A DNA stretch of 64,000 bases from Antedon mediterranea (taxonomy: Eukaryota > Animalia > Echinodermata): contig NC_092670.1 of the NCBI RefSeq assembly GCF_964355755.1, positions 23,422,795 to 23,486,794 of the forward strand, read 5' to 3'. A program made the position numbers and the translations under genes. Below are positions 29,301-44,300 of this stretch, piece by piece. The notes under the pieces are model-generated. The model was not told where the DNA came from and made no database searches. It was given only the letters and a program-made list of their open reading frames with translations. Position 1 is the first letter of the stretch. Every line of letters starts with the position of its first letter.

Positions 29301-32300
29301 GAATCCTGTACATTATTCAGATTAGAATTCAATTTGTTTATTTTAGAACATTTTCTTTCAATTGAGTTATAGCATTGCATAGAATGGAAGCGACAGTTGT
29401 GCACACTATTATTTATTCAACACAACAGTGTGTTCTTAATTTTGAGTTTGTTGACTTTTTTAACCATTTAACTCATTTTGTTTGAAGTCTCAAGTAAATT
29501 AAATGGTTCACATACTGTTATGTTACAGCTACACAATTTACTTTATTTATTTCTATTTTACATCTTTAAGAAATAGAATAAAAAAACAACAAATTAAATC
29601 AAATAACTTCCATCCACCTACCATGGAGGTAAAAATAAACCTCCATGCACCTACTACCAATCCTCCTTTCCCCTCAACCTCCTCATCCTCCTTCTCTACA
29701 CCAAAACTAAAGGAAAGATGTTTCTAATAAAATAATAGCTTTTTTTCAACAATATATCCACAGTTTAAGCCCATCCCTTTGATGATTGGGTAATGACCTA
29801 AACTAGTCCAAGGTCTCTTCACCTCAGCCTACAAGCCATCCCTCCCCAGGCCAGGTGTATAAACACTGGTACTGATTGAAGAAATCTATGCTACTACCTT
29901 ATAGAACTCGCACCGCATTCTACTCTAGGTACCTTTCATTTACCTTCCAATTACAAGTTGATGTTGGCAATTAAAACAATTTATTATGGTAATTTTTCCT
30001 ATATTGGAATTATCTTGCAAGTGATATGTGATACTGGGTTGTAATTTATCCTTAGTTTTGAGTTTTACAATATAAGATTTATATTTATTACATAAATGTA
30101 TATGATATATTATTACTTAGTATTTGCGTTGCTTTGGTTGAATCCATATTTATTCAAAAACAATACTCTATTCAATTATTTATACACAATATAGGCCTAC
30201 TACTGACTGTACAATCTGAACATTTGTTAATCATTGGTTGTGGTACTGTATTTGTAAAACACTCTACATTCTTATTCCAAATATTTCAAGTGACTTATTT
30301 ATATCCTAAAAAACAGATTTAATAAAGAAACATTAATTATCAAACTCTCAACCAATGTGAAAAGAAGTCTTTGACTTGTTTTATAATTTCTATCCAACTA
30401 TTTATAACTACGACAAAATGCAATTTGTCGGTCAATTTGCGGCAGAAATTGTATTATCACTTTCCTGTACATTTTACGAGATTTTAATATCGTATTAACC
30501 ATGAAACTGCACCTCTGCATGTAATTTGATATGTTAACCAACTAATAAATCCTCACTACTTGTAGAGACTGTGCTAAAGCATAAAGAAATCTTGTTTTTG
30601 TTCACATACCTACCCATCCGTAGATATTCAATCTTCTACTGAAAAAGTATCAAAGAATATTTAAAAATATCATATTCATACTGTAGGCAGAAAATATAAT
30701 CGGTGAAAAATTTATAATCAATAACAAATTTACAATACTATAGTAGAAAGAAAGCAAGTGATATAAGTTAGCGCAAGTTTATGCAATTGCACAAATAGGT
30801 TCCTAGTTCTTATAAATCTTTCTACAAGTCAATCAATCAGATGTTTCTTAATAGTTTTAGAACACCAAACATCTCAGGAGTACAATTATCTTTTTTTTAT
30901 AACCACAAACTAATTGCTTTTCTGTTTTTATACTTCAGGGTATAAATGAAAGTTTAAAAAAAAATAAATGCAAACCATCATTTTTCAGTTTCTGATGTTG
31001 ATTATTGCATTGTAGGCCAAATGGTCTACTTATAATAATATATTAGTTCACTGCTGAATAACCTCTGTATACCCAGTGATGGTTTAAAGTAGAAGACGTA
31101 ATCTAGCAATTATGGATTTCTTATTCCTTTCAGACTAAGCCGATTTAGTAATGTCAACAAGCCTTAGGCTAAGTTCAATGCCCAATGCAGATCTGTCGGT
31201 CAAAACAGACAGCCAATAATCCTAATGTATTCAAATATTCTTTTAAGTTTTATCTTCGTTTCCAGAGAGTAAAATGATATATGTATATATGTATTGTTAA
31301 AATGACTATTTTTCTTTTCATTTGAAATAAAAGAATGATTGAAAAAATGTATTAATATGGTTTTTGATTGTTTGCATACTGTACCCAATATAATTAAGTA
31401 TTTACAATGTTTGGGAAATTTAGAATATATTTTACTATAACAATAACATTCAAATTCTTTAAAAAATCAATTGAATATCAGCAAATGTATTTCTTGCAAG
31501 TTGGTTTCTTTTTATTAAACTGTTGTCCACACTGAGTCCTTGGTCTTGCGTCCTGAAACAACTAGATATATTTCACACACAGTAATGTTTTGTACAGAAT
31601 GTGAAATGAGCTGGTTCTATTCTTAACACTATACCAATTATCATGATTATTTTTTTCTGGCCACCAAACCAAACTCGTGGCTCAGTGTGAACATAGATTA
31701 ATGTAGAAATCATCTATTATGTATGTATTTATGTATGAATCATGATGACATGTATGTACTATATTTCTCTTGTTTAAAAGATGAATGATAAAAATAGTGT
31801 ATTAGCAAATTAAAGTCAGTTGTTGTACCATGACAAGCAATTAAAGGTTTAACAAAATGCTGATGCTTTGTTTATTAGTGAAATAAACATCACGTTACAG
31901 CATTGTCTTGTATTCAACATTAAAGCTGAAAATAATTACAATTCTAGTGGAATAGAATTTTCTCCATTAATACATTATACAGTAGTTATCTATTTTGTCA
32001 TCAATCTTCATCTCAATTTTATGAGCAGCAGAAAAAAGTCCTTTCGTAGAAAAAAAAAACTAAACATAATGTTTACAATTATAGAAATAAACTGTTCATA
32101 GTTAAACCAAAAACCCATTGTCAATTTGACTATTTTTTACTTTAAAATACATTTTTTCAGGTAAATATATTTTTTTTTTAATTTTCGGTCAAAGGGAATA
32201 ACTATTATGTGACATTAAAATGTTTCTGGTAATATATTTTAAAAACAAATAAAAACACTTTAGGTGTTCATTATCATACACTTTTCTAGTACTATAGTCT

Positions 32301-35300
32301 TTGGGTGAAACACAAAAAAAAAACCCCAAACACTGATACAATGACACAAAAGATTTTGCGTAACTCCTTGTTTTATTTGTGACCCCAACCACCATTTTTT
32401 TTTACAATCTCGCCAGTTACCAGAGAAGAATTTGTATTTACATAAATATATACTGTACTTGATTTAATTACTTAATTCCTAGGAAATCAGTATTCTGGAT
32501 AACCTACTACAGGCCCATCAATAATGTCAGTAATAGTTTTACTTAAAAAAATAGTGCAAATTTCAATGAGTCGTGATTCAAACAATCAGTCCACATTGAT
32601 TAGAAATAATGCTGTGTTTTTTTAATTTTATATTTTATTGTACTGTAATCTTTGATATAAAATAAAATTTGTATATATTGTAATTGAATTTTATGGTAAA
32701 TAGTGTTTATTCATAATTACCAAATTTATATATTGTATAAAGGAATTACTGACTCATTCAGTCACTATTGGCCTAGGTCGCTTTTGTTTTTCCTGAACCT
32801 GTTTTTATTGTTGTTTTTTGGTCAAATAAATGAAATTAAATAAAATTGCCGATATAAATAAAACTAATGATTTTGCATTTAACGCCATTATTATGTAAGA
32901 GGATACATTATAGTACATTCTTCTGTTTATGAGTACAAACAAGTTTCTTTATTCAATAACAAATCCCTAAGGTATTAAACTGTAAAGATACTAGAATAAT
33001 CAATAAAGCTTCTTCAATTCAGTTAACATATAGAATGTAGGGCAAGATGTTAAGACGCCAGTTAAACTAGCCAGGATTGCCATAATCAATAATATTATGT
33101 AATACAATCATTCAGTGAAAAGATGATTTGTTAAAGTTTGCCTGTGGTTTGAGGTCATTAATGTGTTTTATGGTATAAAACAGGACATGATTGAGAATTG
33201 AACTGTGAACTATATATAGTATTATCCATTTAAAGTTTCTTCCATTTAATTTGTCTATTAAATAAAATTGGCAAATTGTGATGTATTGATCACTATTAGC
33301 ATATCAACATTATGGACCAACTACAGATTTAATCCGGGATTATGATTACAATTACAGTAGGACCCTCCTTCAGGACATCCCTATTCAAGGGTCAGCGGCC
33401 TGTAGTGTTAAGTATTTGTTGGGTGTACTATAGGAAGTTACTGTATCTTTCAACATGTTTTTGTGGAAGATACTATTGTTAATTTCCTGGTGAAACTTGT
33501 TGTTTCTGTTTTGCATGTTTTGTATGGATGTACGTACTATCTGAAATAAAGGAAATGAATGAGTTATGGCCAACCTCTATTAACGGGACACTATTAAAGA
33601 GTACTACTTTTTTTTTAAAGTGACTATTGTACCATTATATGTAATTGAACAAAATTAAAACCTACAGAACTTGACAAGCACCTGCTTCTTTGTTAATTAG
33701 CTGTTAAATCCAATTAAAGAAACATGTCTAATCAACGATTGTTTGGTTAATATATTCTTTTATTATTTGCGTAAATGGTGGATAAATGTGTGTGTTACTT
33801 AATGCCTGCAGGGTGTATTGTTATTAAACGTTTTGTTGTTGTTATTGCTTAACTTTTAAAAGCAGGAGATTGCTTAGGGCACGGAAATACAGCCTGTTTA
33901 CACCTGTGTTGCCATGGAGTTCAACAAATGAAAAATTCTGATTTACATCTATTTTATTTATATGCTTATGACAATATGTACAGAATTTGATTTCAATTAA
34001 CTAAACATGATTCAACTGAGAGTAGTTGAAATATTAAGTTATAGAGATATTAATCACAATATTCCTATTCAAATATGAATGTAAAAAGATTATTGAAAAC
34101 TTGTTACTTCTAATGTGAAGCACATAGAGGCTTTATGCATCCAAAATTATTATATACATATGACACATACCAGTGTATCAGTTTTGAAAATGATTTAACT
34201 TTTCTTATATGTTCCAACCTCGTTTCGTTTCGTAATATTTATTCAACCAAAAAACTATATTATTTAACATAAATATTAAACATTTTAACATAATATTTCT
34301 ACTTATTTTTGTTTTTGGTTTTTTGTTTTTTTTGGCTGGTATCTGGTTTAGAAGTATTAAACTTGTCTCAATCAGACCCCTAACCAAACAAATATTAGAA
34401 ATAGTGTAATAAGGAAAAAGGTATACGCCTTATTTAGACTTCAAATTATATAAGTAATTATGAAAATAAATATTTTTTTTCCCTCCATATGCCATGCTAC
34501 TGTACTATTACTACTAGCTATTCTCAAATAATAGTAATTTTTTAAAAATGTTATTTTTTTTAGGGAAAAAATCAATAACATTACCAAATCGAAGTGCCAG
34601 CACTAAACCTCATGGTAAGCAATTACATTAATTGGTTCTTATTACATCTATATATTATACAATGCAGATATCAATATCTATCATACATATTTGCTTATTA
34701 ATAGTATACAGATGCTTTATGGGTTAGACTTAATATAATTATAATTTCTTTAGCTGGATACTACATGTATTTTGGTTGGAAAGCAATAGACAACTAGCTA
34801 AAGGCACTATGAAAAATAGTGCCCCTGAAGCTATTAAATTACAGTGAAAAACCTAATATAAACGTAATAAAGAAATGTCAATGTTTAGTAAATGTACATT
34901 TGTTGATGTTTGATTTTGGTCAAAATAAATTTTAAAAATAAATAAACTGAATTTAATGTTGCTTCCAACTGCAATATGTGGGTTCTGCTTTGCATTAATA
35001 GTGGGCGTCATTGCTAGCATTTTAAATGCATGTATTTTTACTGAATACTAAGACAGATCCAGCGATGGGTTGGAGAGTAGGGGGAGATGGAGAGTAGGGG
35101 GAGATGGAGAGTAGGGGGAAATGGAGAGTAGGGGGAAATGGAGAGTAGGGGGAAATGGAGAGTAGGGTGAGATGGAGAGTAGGGTGAGATGGAGAGTAGG
35201 GGGAGATGGAGAGGAGGGGGAGATGGAGAGGAGGGGGAGATGGAGAGTAGGGAGAGGGAGGGTGATGGAGAGTAGGGGAGGGTGAAGGAGAGTAGTGGAG

Positions 35301-38300
35301 ATGGAGAGTAGGGGAGATAAAGAGAGTAAGGGGATGAGATGATGGAGAGTAGGGGGAGATGGAGAGTAGGGGGAGATGGAGAGTAGGGGGAGATGGAGAG
35401 TAGGGGAGATGGAGAGTAGGGGGAGATGGAGAGTAGGGGGAGATGGAGAGTAGGGGGAGGGAGGGTGATGGTGAGTAGGGAGAGGGAGGGTGATGGTGAG
35501 TAGGGGGAGGGAGTGTGATGGAGAGTAGAGGGAGGGAGAATGATGGTGAGTAGGGGGAGGGAGGGTGATGGAGAGTAGAGGAAGGGAGGGTGATGGAGAG
35601 TAGAGGAAGGGAGGGTGATGGAGAGTAGGGGAGAGAGAGGGTGATGGAGAGTAGGGGAGAGAGGGTGATGAAGAGTAGGGGGAGAGAGGGTGATGAAGAG
35701 TAGGGGGAGAGAGGGTGATAAAGAGTAGGGGGAGAGAGGGTGATGGAGAGTAGGGGGAGAGAGGGTGATGGAGAGTAGGGGAGACTTTTCAAGACCCTAA
35801 CCCTAACCTTTCAAAAAGAAACAACGATTTGTATTTTACTTCTGGATCTGTCTGAAGTATCAATTTTGCTTTCTTGTCATTTATCATCCTTTATTATTGT
35901 ATTCTTGCTTGTTGATATTCGTCGTCGTTTTTAACCAATGCTCCATGGTGTTCCCTTCTTGTCACTAACAAACTTGTAGGTCTACCAGCTAACCCCCTGT
36001 ATGGCATGTGCCGATCCGTGTCGATTGGCTCGTACGCTGACCTTTATCCTAGTCACTCGTTGGAAATATTGACTTGTAACCTGGGCGACCGACGGTCCAC
36101 AGATTCCATCGCTTCGGCCAGTTCCTCTGGAAATTGGTCAAGTAAAGGTTAGTATATTTGGTATCACTGTGGCTAACCATGACGCTTGGTTTTTCTAATT
36201 CTAGTTTATCCATCACAGTTTATATAAAACTGAAGGCACTTTGGCTCACAAAACTAACATGGTTATCTGTTTGGGCCATAAATTACATAACAAAACATAA
36301 TCGAACCATGAAGCTAAATATAACAAATTGCAGGAACAATTCAAAACAAAAAGACTGAATTTTGGAAATCAAACCAAAATCGTGAAATGACCATAAGGAA
36401 ATGTTTATGTCACCACCGATACCAAGCTTTAACATCTTTTATATAAGTGATACATTATTTTAATATAAAAAATTGTGCAATCACCAATATTTTTCAATTG
36501 ACTCACCAAAACATCATAAATAATTCAGTACCTAGTAAATTTGTACAGCTTTATTAAAATTATTTTAATGGTCCTATTATACAGTGTAATATTTATAATG
36601 GTATTTGATGTTTGATATTTTTTTTAAATTTATTTACTCTATAGTTGCAGTTCCTATGCATCAAACGTTCCACCCATTTCATTCACTCCTTTAATTCACT
36701 GCTTTTACCTTTATTCTATCTTAAATACAATATATTTTTTTCCTTTTTTGTTACAGTACATTTCTTTCTATTTGACTTGTTTAGTAATGTTCTTTGCATT
36801 TGTTTTGTTACACATACACATGCAGTATAAAAGAAACAGACAAATTGATGTAGTTGGGTCTGTAGTTAGACCTAGTTACAATATCTGTTGCGCTATGTGA
36901 TTAATATACGAGTAACAGCATTATCCAACATTCTTCACTGCTTTAGTAGACTCACTCAACATAATTGTCACTTAATGCTACTTGAATCATGGTATTTATA
37001 CAAGTATGTAATGTGAATTTTAACAGAAGAGAGAAAAATAATGTGATAATGCTGAAGTAAAGTAATAATGTGTAAACGAAAATTCAGGAGAGTGAAAAAT
37101 ATCACCTGAAGAAATGTGCTAAAAGCTCTATAACATGTTATGATGTATCACATCGTCGATGTCGATTCTTGATTACAGTAGAACTCCTATTAAGAGGACA
37201 CCAAGCAAATTGTCCCCTTAATAGGGGTCTCTCCTAATCAGATGTTTGCCATAGTGTTAAAACTTATATTATAATGTATCTCGCATCATTGATGTCACTC
37301 TTTGATTACAGTAAAGCTTCTATTAAGGGGACACCTTTGGGACCAAGCAAAGTGTCCCCTTTTATAGGGATGTCTCCTAATTAGATGTTGACCATAGTGT
37401 AAAATAAATATTTCCCCTTGTTCATTTCATTGAAAGAGGGATGTCCTAAAGAAGAGGTTCTATTCTAATCATTACTTATTTCATCATCTATATATAAATT
37501 ACTGTAGAAATATTCTATTCCATTCCTCTTCCTTAAAATAAATAAATCTATTTTATCTTGTTTTTTTTTTTAGAATTGTCTGATTATATGCAACAAACAA
37601 AACAGGATTCATCACCCCAACAACCCTTACCACCTTCCAACATGGCTCCCATGCCCATAGCAACCGTAAACTACCAACAGTCATATAGTGGATCTCCAAC
37701 TTACAGGGTAAGTGGCATGTAGTACTTGAAGTTTGTCTTAAGTCTACACTATCAAACTTGTTTGGCAAAAAGTGTGATATGCCCAAACATGATAGTGATA
37801 TGCCCAAACATGGTAGTGATATGATATCATCATGTCCATATATGGGCACATCACATTTTTTTATCACATAAAGTTGATAGTGTGGACAGAGCAGTACTGT
37901 GTTTACTGAAATTGCAATCCAGTTAAAAGGAAGATTAGAATAACATTTTTCATAACATTGCTTAACATTAACATTTAGTTTTAATTATCTCTAATGCGCC
38001 TTGACATTTTTTGATAAGGCGCAATATAAATAGTCTATGTATGTATGTAATAAATAGATAATTAATTTAACACATAAATATTTTCTAGCAATCATCTAGC
38101 CTTTTAATGAAGTTTAATTGTAAACTGTCTTTAATGAATGGTGTGTTATATGGGTTTGCACTTTCTGTTAATTGACTTTGTCCTTCAGGTCATACACCCA
38201 TAACTTATCTTTGTAAAAACCAAGAAACAGACTATAAATTTCATGTATACTCTTTCATCTGATTCGTCATCCATCTGATTTGACATTTAGCTGTTGGCTA

Positions 38301-41300
38301 TATCCAGACACACATTAATCTTTGCTTGTTTTATCTAATTTCTCATCCTTCGGATTAAGTGGGTGGTTGTGGAATAGGAATTACTCATTGTTTACGATCC
38401 ATAATAACACTGGATAAAGTGTTTGAAAAGTACAATTAGATGTTACATATTTTATATGTGTTGTCCGTCATTGCCGACAATAATGTTGCTTGTATGTATT
38501 CAATGATGAACTGTCATATGGCTCCGTAGGCCAAATGCTGAAGCACACATACAACTGCAAATAGGATATTGGAGTATTAAGTGACTATGCTGTTGCTTGA
38601 TGACCAACAGATATTATTGCAAGTCAAAAGGATTACAGTAGAACCCTAGGACCCAGCATAGTGTCCTCTTTATAGGCTCTCTCCCCTGAATAGGGAACAT
38701 ATACTTCCTCTTGGGCGTTTCATACAAATTGTTCCTCTCTTCATATGGGTGTTGACTGAATATATATAGTGTCCCAAACGATGGATTTACTGTATTAAGG
38801 ATGTTTCACACCTGTTCCGGCACGAATCCGGTCCGGTGCCGGAAATCAACGTCAATGTTTTGTTTTCACGCGGCTACGAGTATATCTATTGGAGCGTTGT
38901 GGCAACAAACATTGATATTTGATGTGCCGGACCAGAACTGTGCCGGAACAGGTGTGGAAGACCCTTTACGATTCAAATATTGTGCTCGAAAAAGTATAGT
39001 GTGGTACAGTATGTTACATTGATTCTTGTACTGTATTTGTATTATATTTTCATAGCATGCAACAGAGGCATTGCAAAGAAAGTATCAAGGTGGTAGTCAA
39101 GGAAGTCATGAGATGTTAGCAACCAGTAGAAACTCACCTGTGCCGCCTGTAGTTTCCATGGCAAATTCAAGAATTTCACCAGGTAAAATCTAAAAATATA
39201 TTACATTATTGTATAATCATTACAAATGATATTGCGAAGCAATTCACTGACTATAGAATCTGCAACACTGAAAATGTTTTTTAGTCTACTTTATTTTAAT
39301 ATATAGAAGTAATAATTTCTTTTAGTTATTTGATTTCTTTTTACGTATTTCTTCTTTATACTGAATAACATTTGTTACAAGACCGTACTGCCAGTAACTT
39401 AACAAACTAAATTAATTATTAAAAAACCTATATACAATTTAGAAACACCACCACCACCTACTTATCTATTGCCAGCAATCCATTAAAACAATTTCATTTA
39501 ACTTATATTAGGTACTCATTCAAAGGATCCTTTGCTAGCCTCCACCCACAGACAGAATGCCTTACCTCAACATTTTAACCAAGATGTCTGGCCAAGGAGA
39601 CCAATTCAGAATGGTAACACATCAGAAGAGGAGAGTGGAGTTGATGTCAACTCATCCACAGAAAGTATGGAAAAGAAAACAAACCAGGTAAATACTTACA
39701 AGTTAAATAATTTCAGCACACTACCGAAAGCACTTAAGTAAGTTAGTGCAATACCATGCTATCTGAAAGCAACAGCTATGCACTCTAAATAAATATTACA
39801 TGTATTGTATTTTTTTTTTCTTTAGGTGGTTGGAAATCACCATGAAATGGTCAATTCTTCACCTTCATCACACCGTGGTATTAACCCTAAACCAAGCAGA
39901 AGTTGTGAGAATGTACTTAATGAAAACTGTATAGTTCCAGGTATTAATACAAGCAATCGAATTATAGGCTTACACATAATATCTCTTGTCTGTAGTCTGT
40001 AGTATTCTGGCATTTTGGATATTTACAATACATATAAAACTAAATATGAAATATCCAAAATAAGATTATATAAATTTGACTAGTACAGTATCATTTAAAT
40101 GAAATGAACAATTTATTTAAATTCATTTCAAGATAATTATTGTAATGATAATGATCCATAACAATTTGTATAGATCAACATGTGTTTATTATCCTCCACA
40201 GCTCCACAACGACCGCACAGTGATTGTCCGCCACTGAAGAAAATTGAAAATGAAATACCATCATTAGATGCTAAGGTAGAACACACACACACATGCATTA
40301 TGCAATAGATTTTAAAAATTTGAAAACAAAAGAGTTTTACATACTATTTATTTAATCAGGGCAGCTGCTGCTGTGAGTCTATTGACGCACGATAATAACT
40401 ACCTTTAATTAGCATATATTATGTGCTTTTTTTGTTTATAATTAATTGTAATTTATATTTTTCTCATAGTATCCATCATTTGTTTTCCATCCAGTCATTT
40501 GTCCTGTATTGTTGTCATATTTAAAATTAATTTTTATGATTATTTATTATTATTCTTCGTCTTATTCTAAGGATGCTGATAGAATATATGAGTGGTTAAA
40601 GAGACTACGATTACCAGAATACACAAACAACTTCACAAAGGCAGGATATGACATGCCAACCATTGCCAAGATGACCCCAGAGGTACAACCATAATTACAC
40701 AATATTTTTCTTGTTATTGTAGGGTTTTCGCATTAAATTTTAACATTGTGATACATGTTTTATGTTATTTTACATACACCTTTGCAGAATTAATTTGTTT
40801 TCTAGACAAATAGACATCCTTTTTTTATATTCTTTCAAAATGTATTACTGTTGTATTAATAAAAAGGAACCAAATGTTAGTAAATGATAAAAGATATAGA
40901 TGCCCCAGAAAATCTGAACTCTTCTTTTCTGCTTAATTCTCTGTGACACACATATGATACATAACTTATACATTCATTCTTTTGTATTATTTAATTTATC
41001 ATTTATTCATTACTCCATTCATTCTTTTATTATTTCATTCTTTTATTGATTTTAAGTATATAACTAAAGAGAAATCATTAAAAATGGATTTGACTTGATT
41101 TTTCAGGATTTAACTGCGGTTGGTGTCACAGTGCCAGGCCACCGAAAAAAAATGTTTGCCATGATAGGGCAAATGAAGGAACCAGATGTAGCTCCAAATT
41201 TTAAACCAGTAACTACAGTATTTTATATGGAAAGAAATTTCCAGTCTTATCCAAAACAAAAATGAAAAATATTACATAACGATTTTAATGGAAGGGAAAC

Positions 41301-44300
41301 AGCAATTCAGTTTCAGTATAAATATTTCATAATTGTTTAAAGGGTCTCATGTTGAATAAACACTATTAAAAAAAAAACTATTACAAGGAAATCAGAAAAA
41401 AATGTATACCTTCTTTGTTTTTTGAAAATCCAAATACTTTTAAATTCTGCTGTTTAATGTCATCACAGGATCCAATAATTATTGATAATCTATCTAAATA
41501 TATTTATCATGCTTAAGTTAAGATATACGTTTGCTTAGAGAACAAAATTAATTAATTCATTTATCTTGTGACCATAAATTGCTTTATTTTTCAATGTAAT
41601 TATTATTTTGTTAATTACTAGGGGCCAGAGGCCTAAAGTAAATAAAGTCAGGCGATAAGCCTGAATGAATGAAATGAATGAATAAACACTATAAATGTCA
41701 CCATGTGTCTCCAAAAGCAAATAATTGTGTTTGAGAATATCTTGACGTTTTGATGTTTCTTTTTGAGTACCGCAGACATACCTTACTAATAATGTCTTTA
41801 AATTACATGTATCATTAAAATGTATTGTAAATCCTATATACTATTTTTTTTTCTAGCCTGATGTGCAATCGTGGCTTCGAATTCTTGATCTCCAAGCCTA
41901 CTACAACACACTAATATCAAATGGTTATGACCAGGTTGAGTACCTGCATGACATGACATGGGAAGACCTTCAAGAGATTGGTATCATCAGACTGGGTCAC
42001 CAGAAGAAGTTCATGCTGGCACTGAGACGTCTACGGGAGATCAAGAAGCATGAGAAGCATGCACTGGATGCTGCATCTTTTGAAGACTTAACCATGGATA
42101 CACCAACAGCACAGAAACTCACCAGCTCACCTTCTTTTGAAAATGTGACAATTACTGTTCGACAAAAGTCAGCAATCCAAGGAAGTCTGGAAAGCATTGG
42201 GAGTGATATCTCAAATATATCTGGTGGATCTCTTGGATCTAAAGGGTCAAATGACAGTTATCCTCGTAAATTAATGCTACAAAGAAATCCAAACATGGCT
42301 GCGAACAATCAAGTAGTCTCTTCTTATGTTCCTTGTATGACAACAGTCAAATCATCTCCAACAAAGGTGTTTACAGGACCACCTGAGAAAGACATCCCAG
42401 AGGAACATGATGCAGAGAGTGTTTATCAAAATGTGTCATTCTCTACATTCAAGCAATCAAGCGGTGGATCTCCAAAAGCAGTAGCAACTCCAGTACCTCC
42501 AAGATCTTCTAGTATGGATAGTCCTGACATGGTTCACAGAAATTCTTTTGGCAGTAGTAGCACATCATCTGGTGCTTCTGATCAAGGTTCTTTGAAAAAC
42601 TTGAAAGAAAATCCATATGCAATCCCAAAACGTGGCAACTCTATGCACTCAATATCCGACAAACCTCTGATGACTGCAACAATAGGTCGCAGAAAATCTT
42701 TAAAACAATTTAAAGCTGCACTTGATAATGGAACTGCAATTGATGCTTTGCGATCAACGCAAGTACCAGGCTATGCCACAATCAAACGAACACCCTCTAG
42801 ACGAACTGATCCTGTAAGATTACATCGGCACTTATCTCAAGAAAGAGATGACCAAAATCTTCACAGGCCACCATCTAGTGGAAGTTTGACTAGTGACATA
42901 GTAATAGATCAATCAGACAATGCATCACTTGACAACAGTAGTCTTCCAGATGTAACACAATCTGGAGAGGGTGATGGAAATATTAGAGGAAGTCCTGTTC
43001 ATACATTGAACAGAACCTTAAGTAATGGTGACCTTAATATTGGTGATGGCAGCAGCATTGTCCCAGCAAGCTTTCACTCTGCCAAACAACAATACCACGA
43101 TCATACTAATGCAAAAGGATCACTTCCAAATTATTATCAAACATTAAGAAGACCTCCCAGAAAGCCTCAGCCACTTGCTGATGATTTCCGTCCTCGATCT
43201 CGTTCTTTTACAGACAATGATGAACACATGCAGTCTCCAGTCAGAAAGAGTCCACCGGTCTCTTTTAGACCATCATCAAGCGAAGGAATCGATAAAAACC
43301 AATTAAACAGAGAGGAACAACAACATAGTTTTCACACACAAAAGAATGTTTCAGCAGAAGAACAGAAAGTTCCAAACAATGATTCTCCATTTAAAAAACC
43401 ATTCCCACCGCCACCTATTGCCTTAAAACCTGTACAACATCAAACTCAAACTATTGCCAACAATGTTGAGTGCAGTGATCAATCCAAACAACCATCACCT
43501 CCTTTGAACGGGTCAAGAGAACAGCAAAGTAGTCAATCAAAGCCACCCATTGCGGCAATGGGGATAAACCTTAAACAGAAACAAATTAATAATGCAATAA
43601 AGCAACAGCAGCAGAAGTTGGAAAAACAACAGCAACAATTACAGCAACAAAAAGAACAGCAGCAACAAAAGATACAACAAATGCACCAACAGCAACAAAT
43701 GCAATATCAGCAACAGCAGGAACAACAGGTGCAACATCAACAACAGCAACATATGCTGAAACAGCAAGATATACAGCAACAGCAACAACATATACAGCAA
43801 CAACAACAGATAAAACATCAGCAACAGATGGAACAGCAACAACATATGCTGAAACAACAACAGATACAAAATCAGCAACAACAACATATAAAGCAACAAC
43901 AGATACAACATCAGCAACAGATGCAACAGCAGATACAACAGCAACAAAAGCAAATACAACAACAAATGCAGCATCAGCAGCATGTGCAACACCATCATAT
44001 TCAGCAAAAACAACAACAAATACAACAGCAACATGAACAACAAAAGCGACAACATCAAGAGTTTCTTCAGCAAAGGCATCAACAACAATTACAGAAAGAT
44101 CAACAACAACAACAACAAAGAGCACAACAGCAACATAAAGAATCACAGCAACAGAGTCATCAACACTTGCACCAGCAACATCAACAACATAGAGAATCAC
44201 AGCAACAGAGCCATAAACATTACTTGCAACAGCAACATCAACAACAAATGCAACATGAACAGCATTTAGAAAAACAACACAAAGATCAACAGATACATAA

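Noticed and set aside
33358-33412. Possible additional small phase-1 Caskin exon ([11 protein letters not shown])
   Set aside because: Poor polypyrimidine tract and weak donor; not distinguishable from chance without transcripts.
35022-35792. 256-aa Pro/Ser-rich extensin-like ORF (and the 159-aa Pro-rich ORF at 23205-23684)
   Set aside because: Translations of G/C-skewed minisatellites with frame-shifting unit lengths and no splice support.
35795-35808. (CCCTAA)2 telomere-like motif
   Set aside because: Only two units; too short to call an interstitial telomeric repeat.
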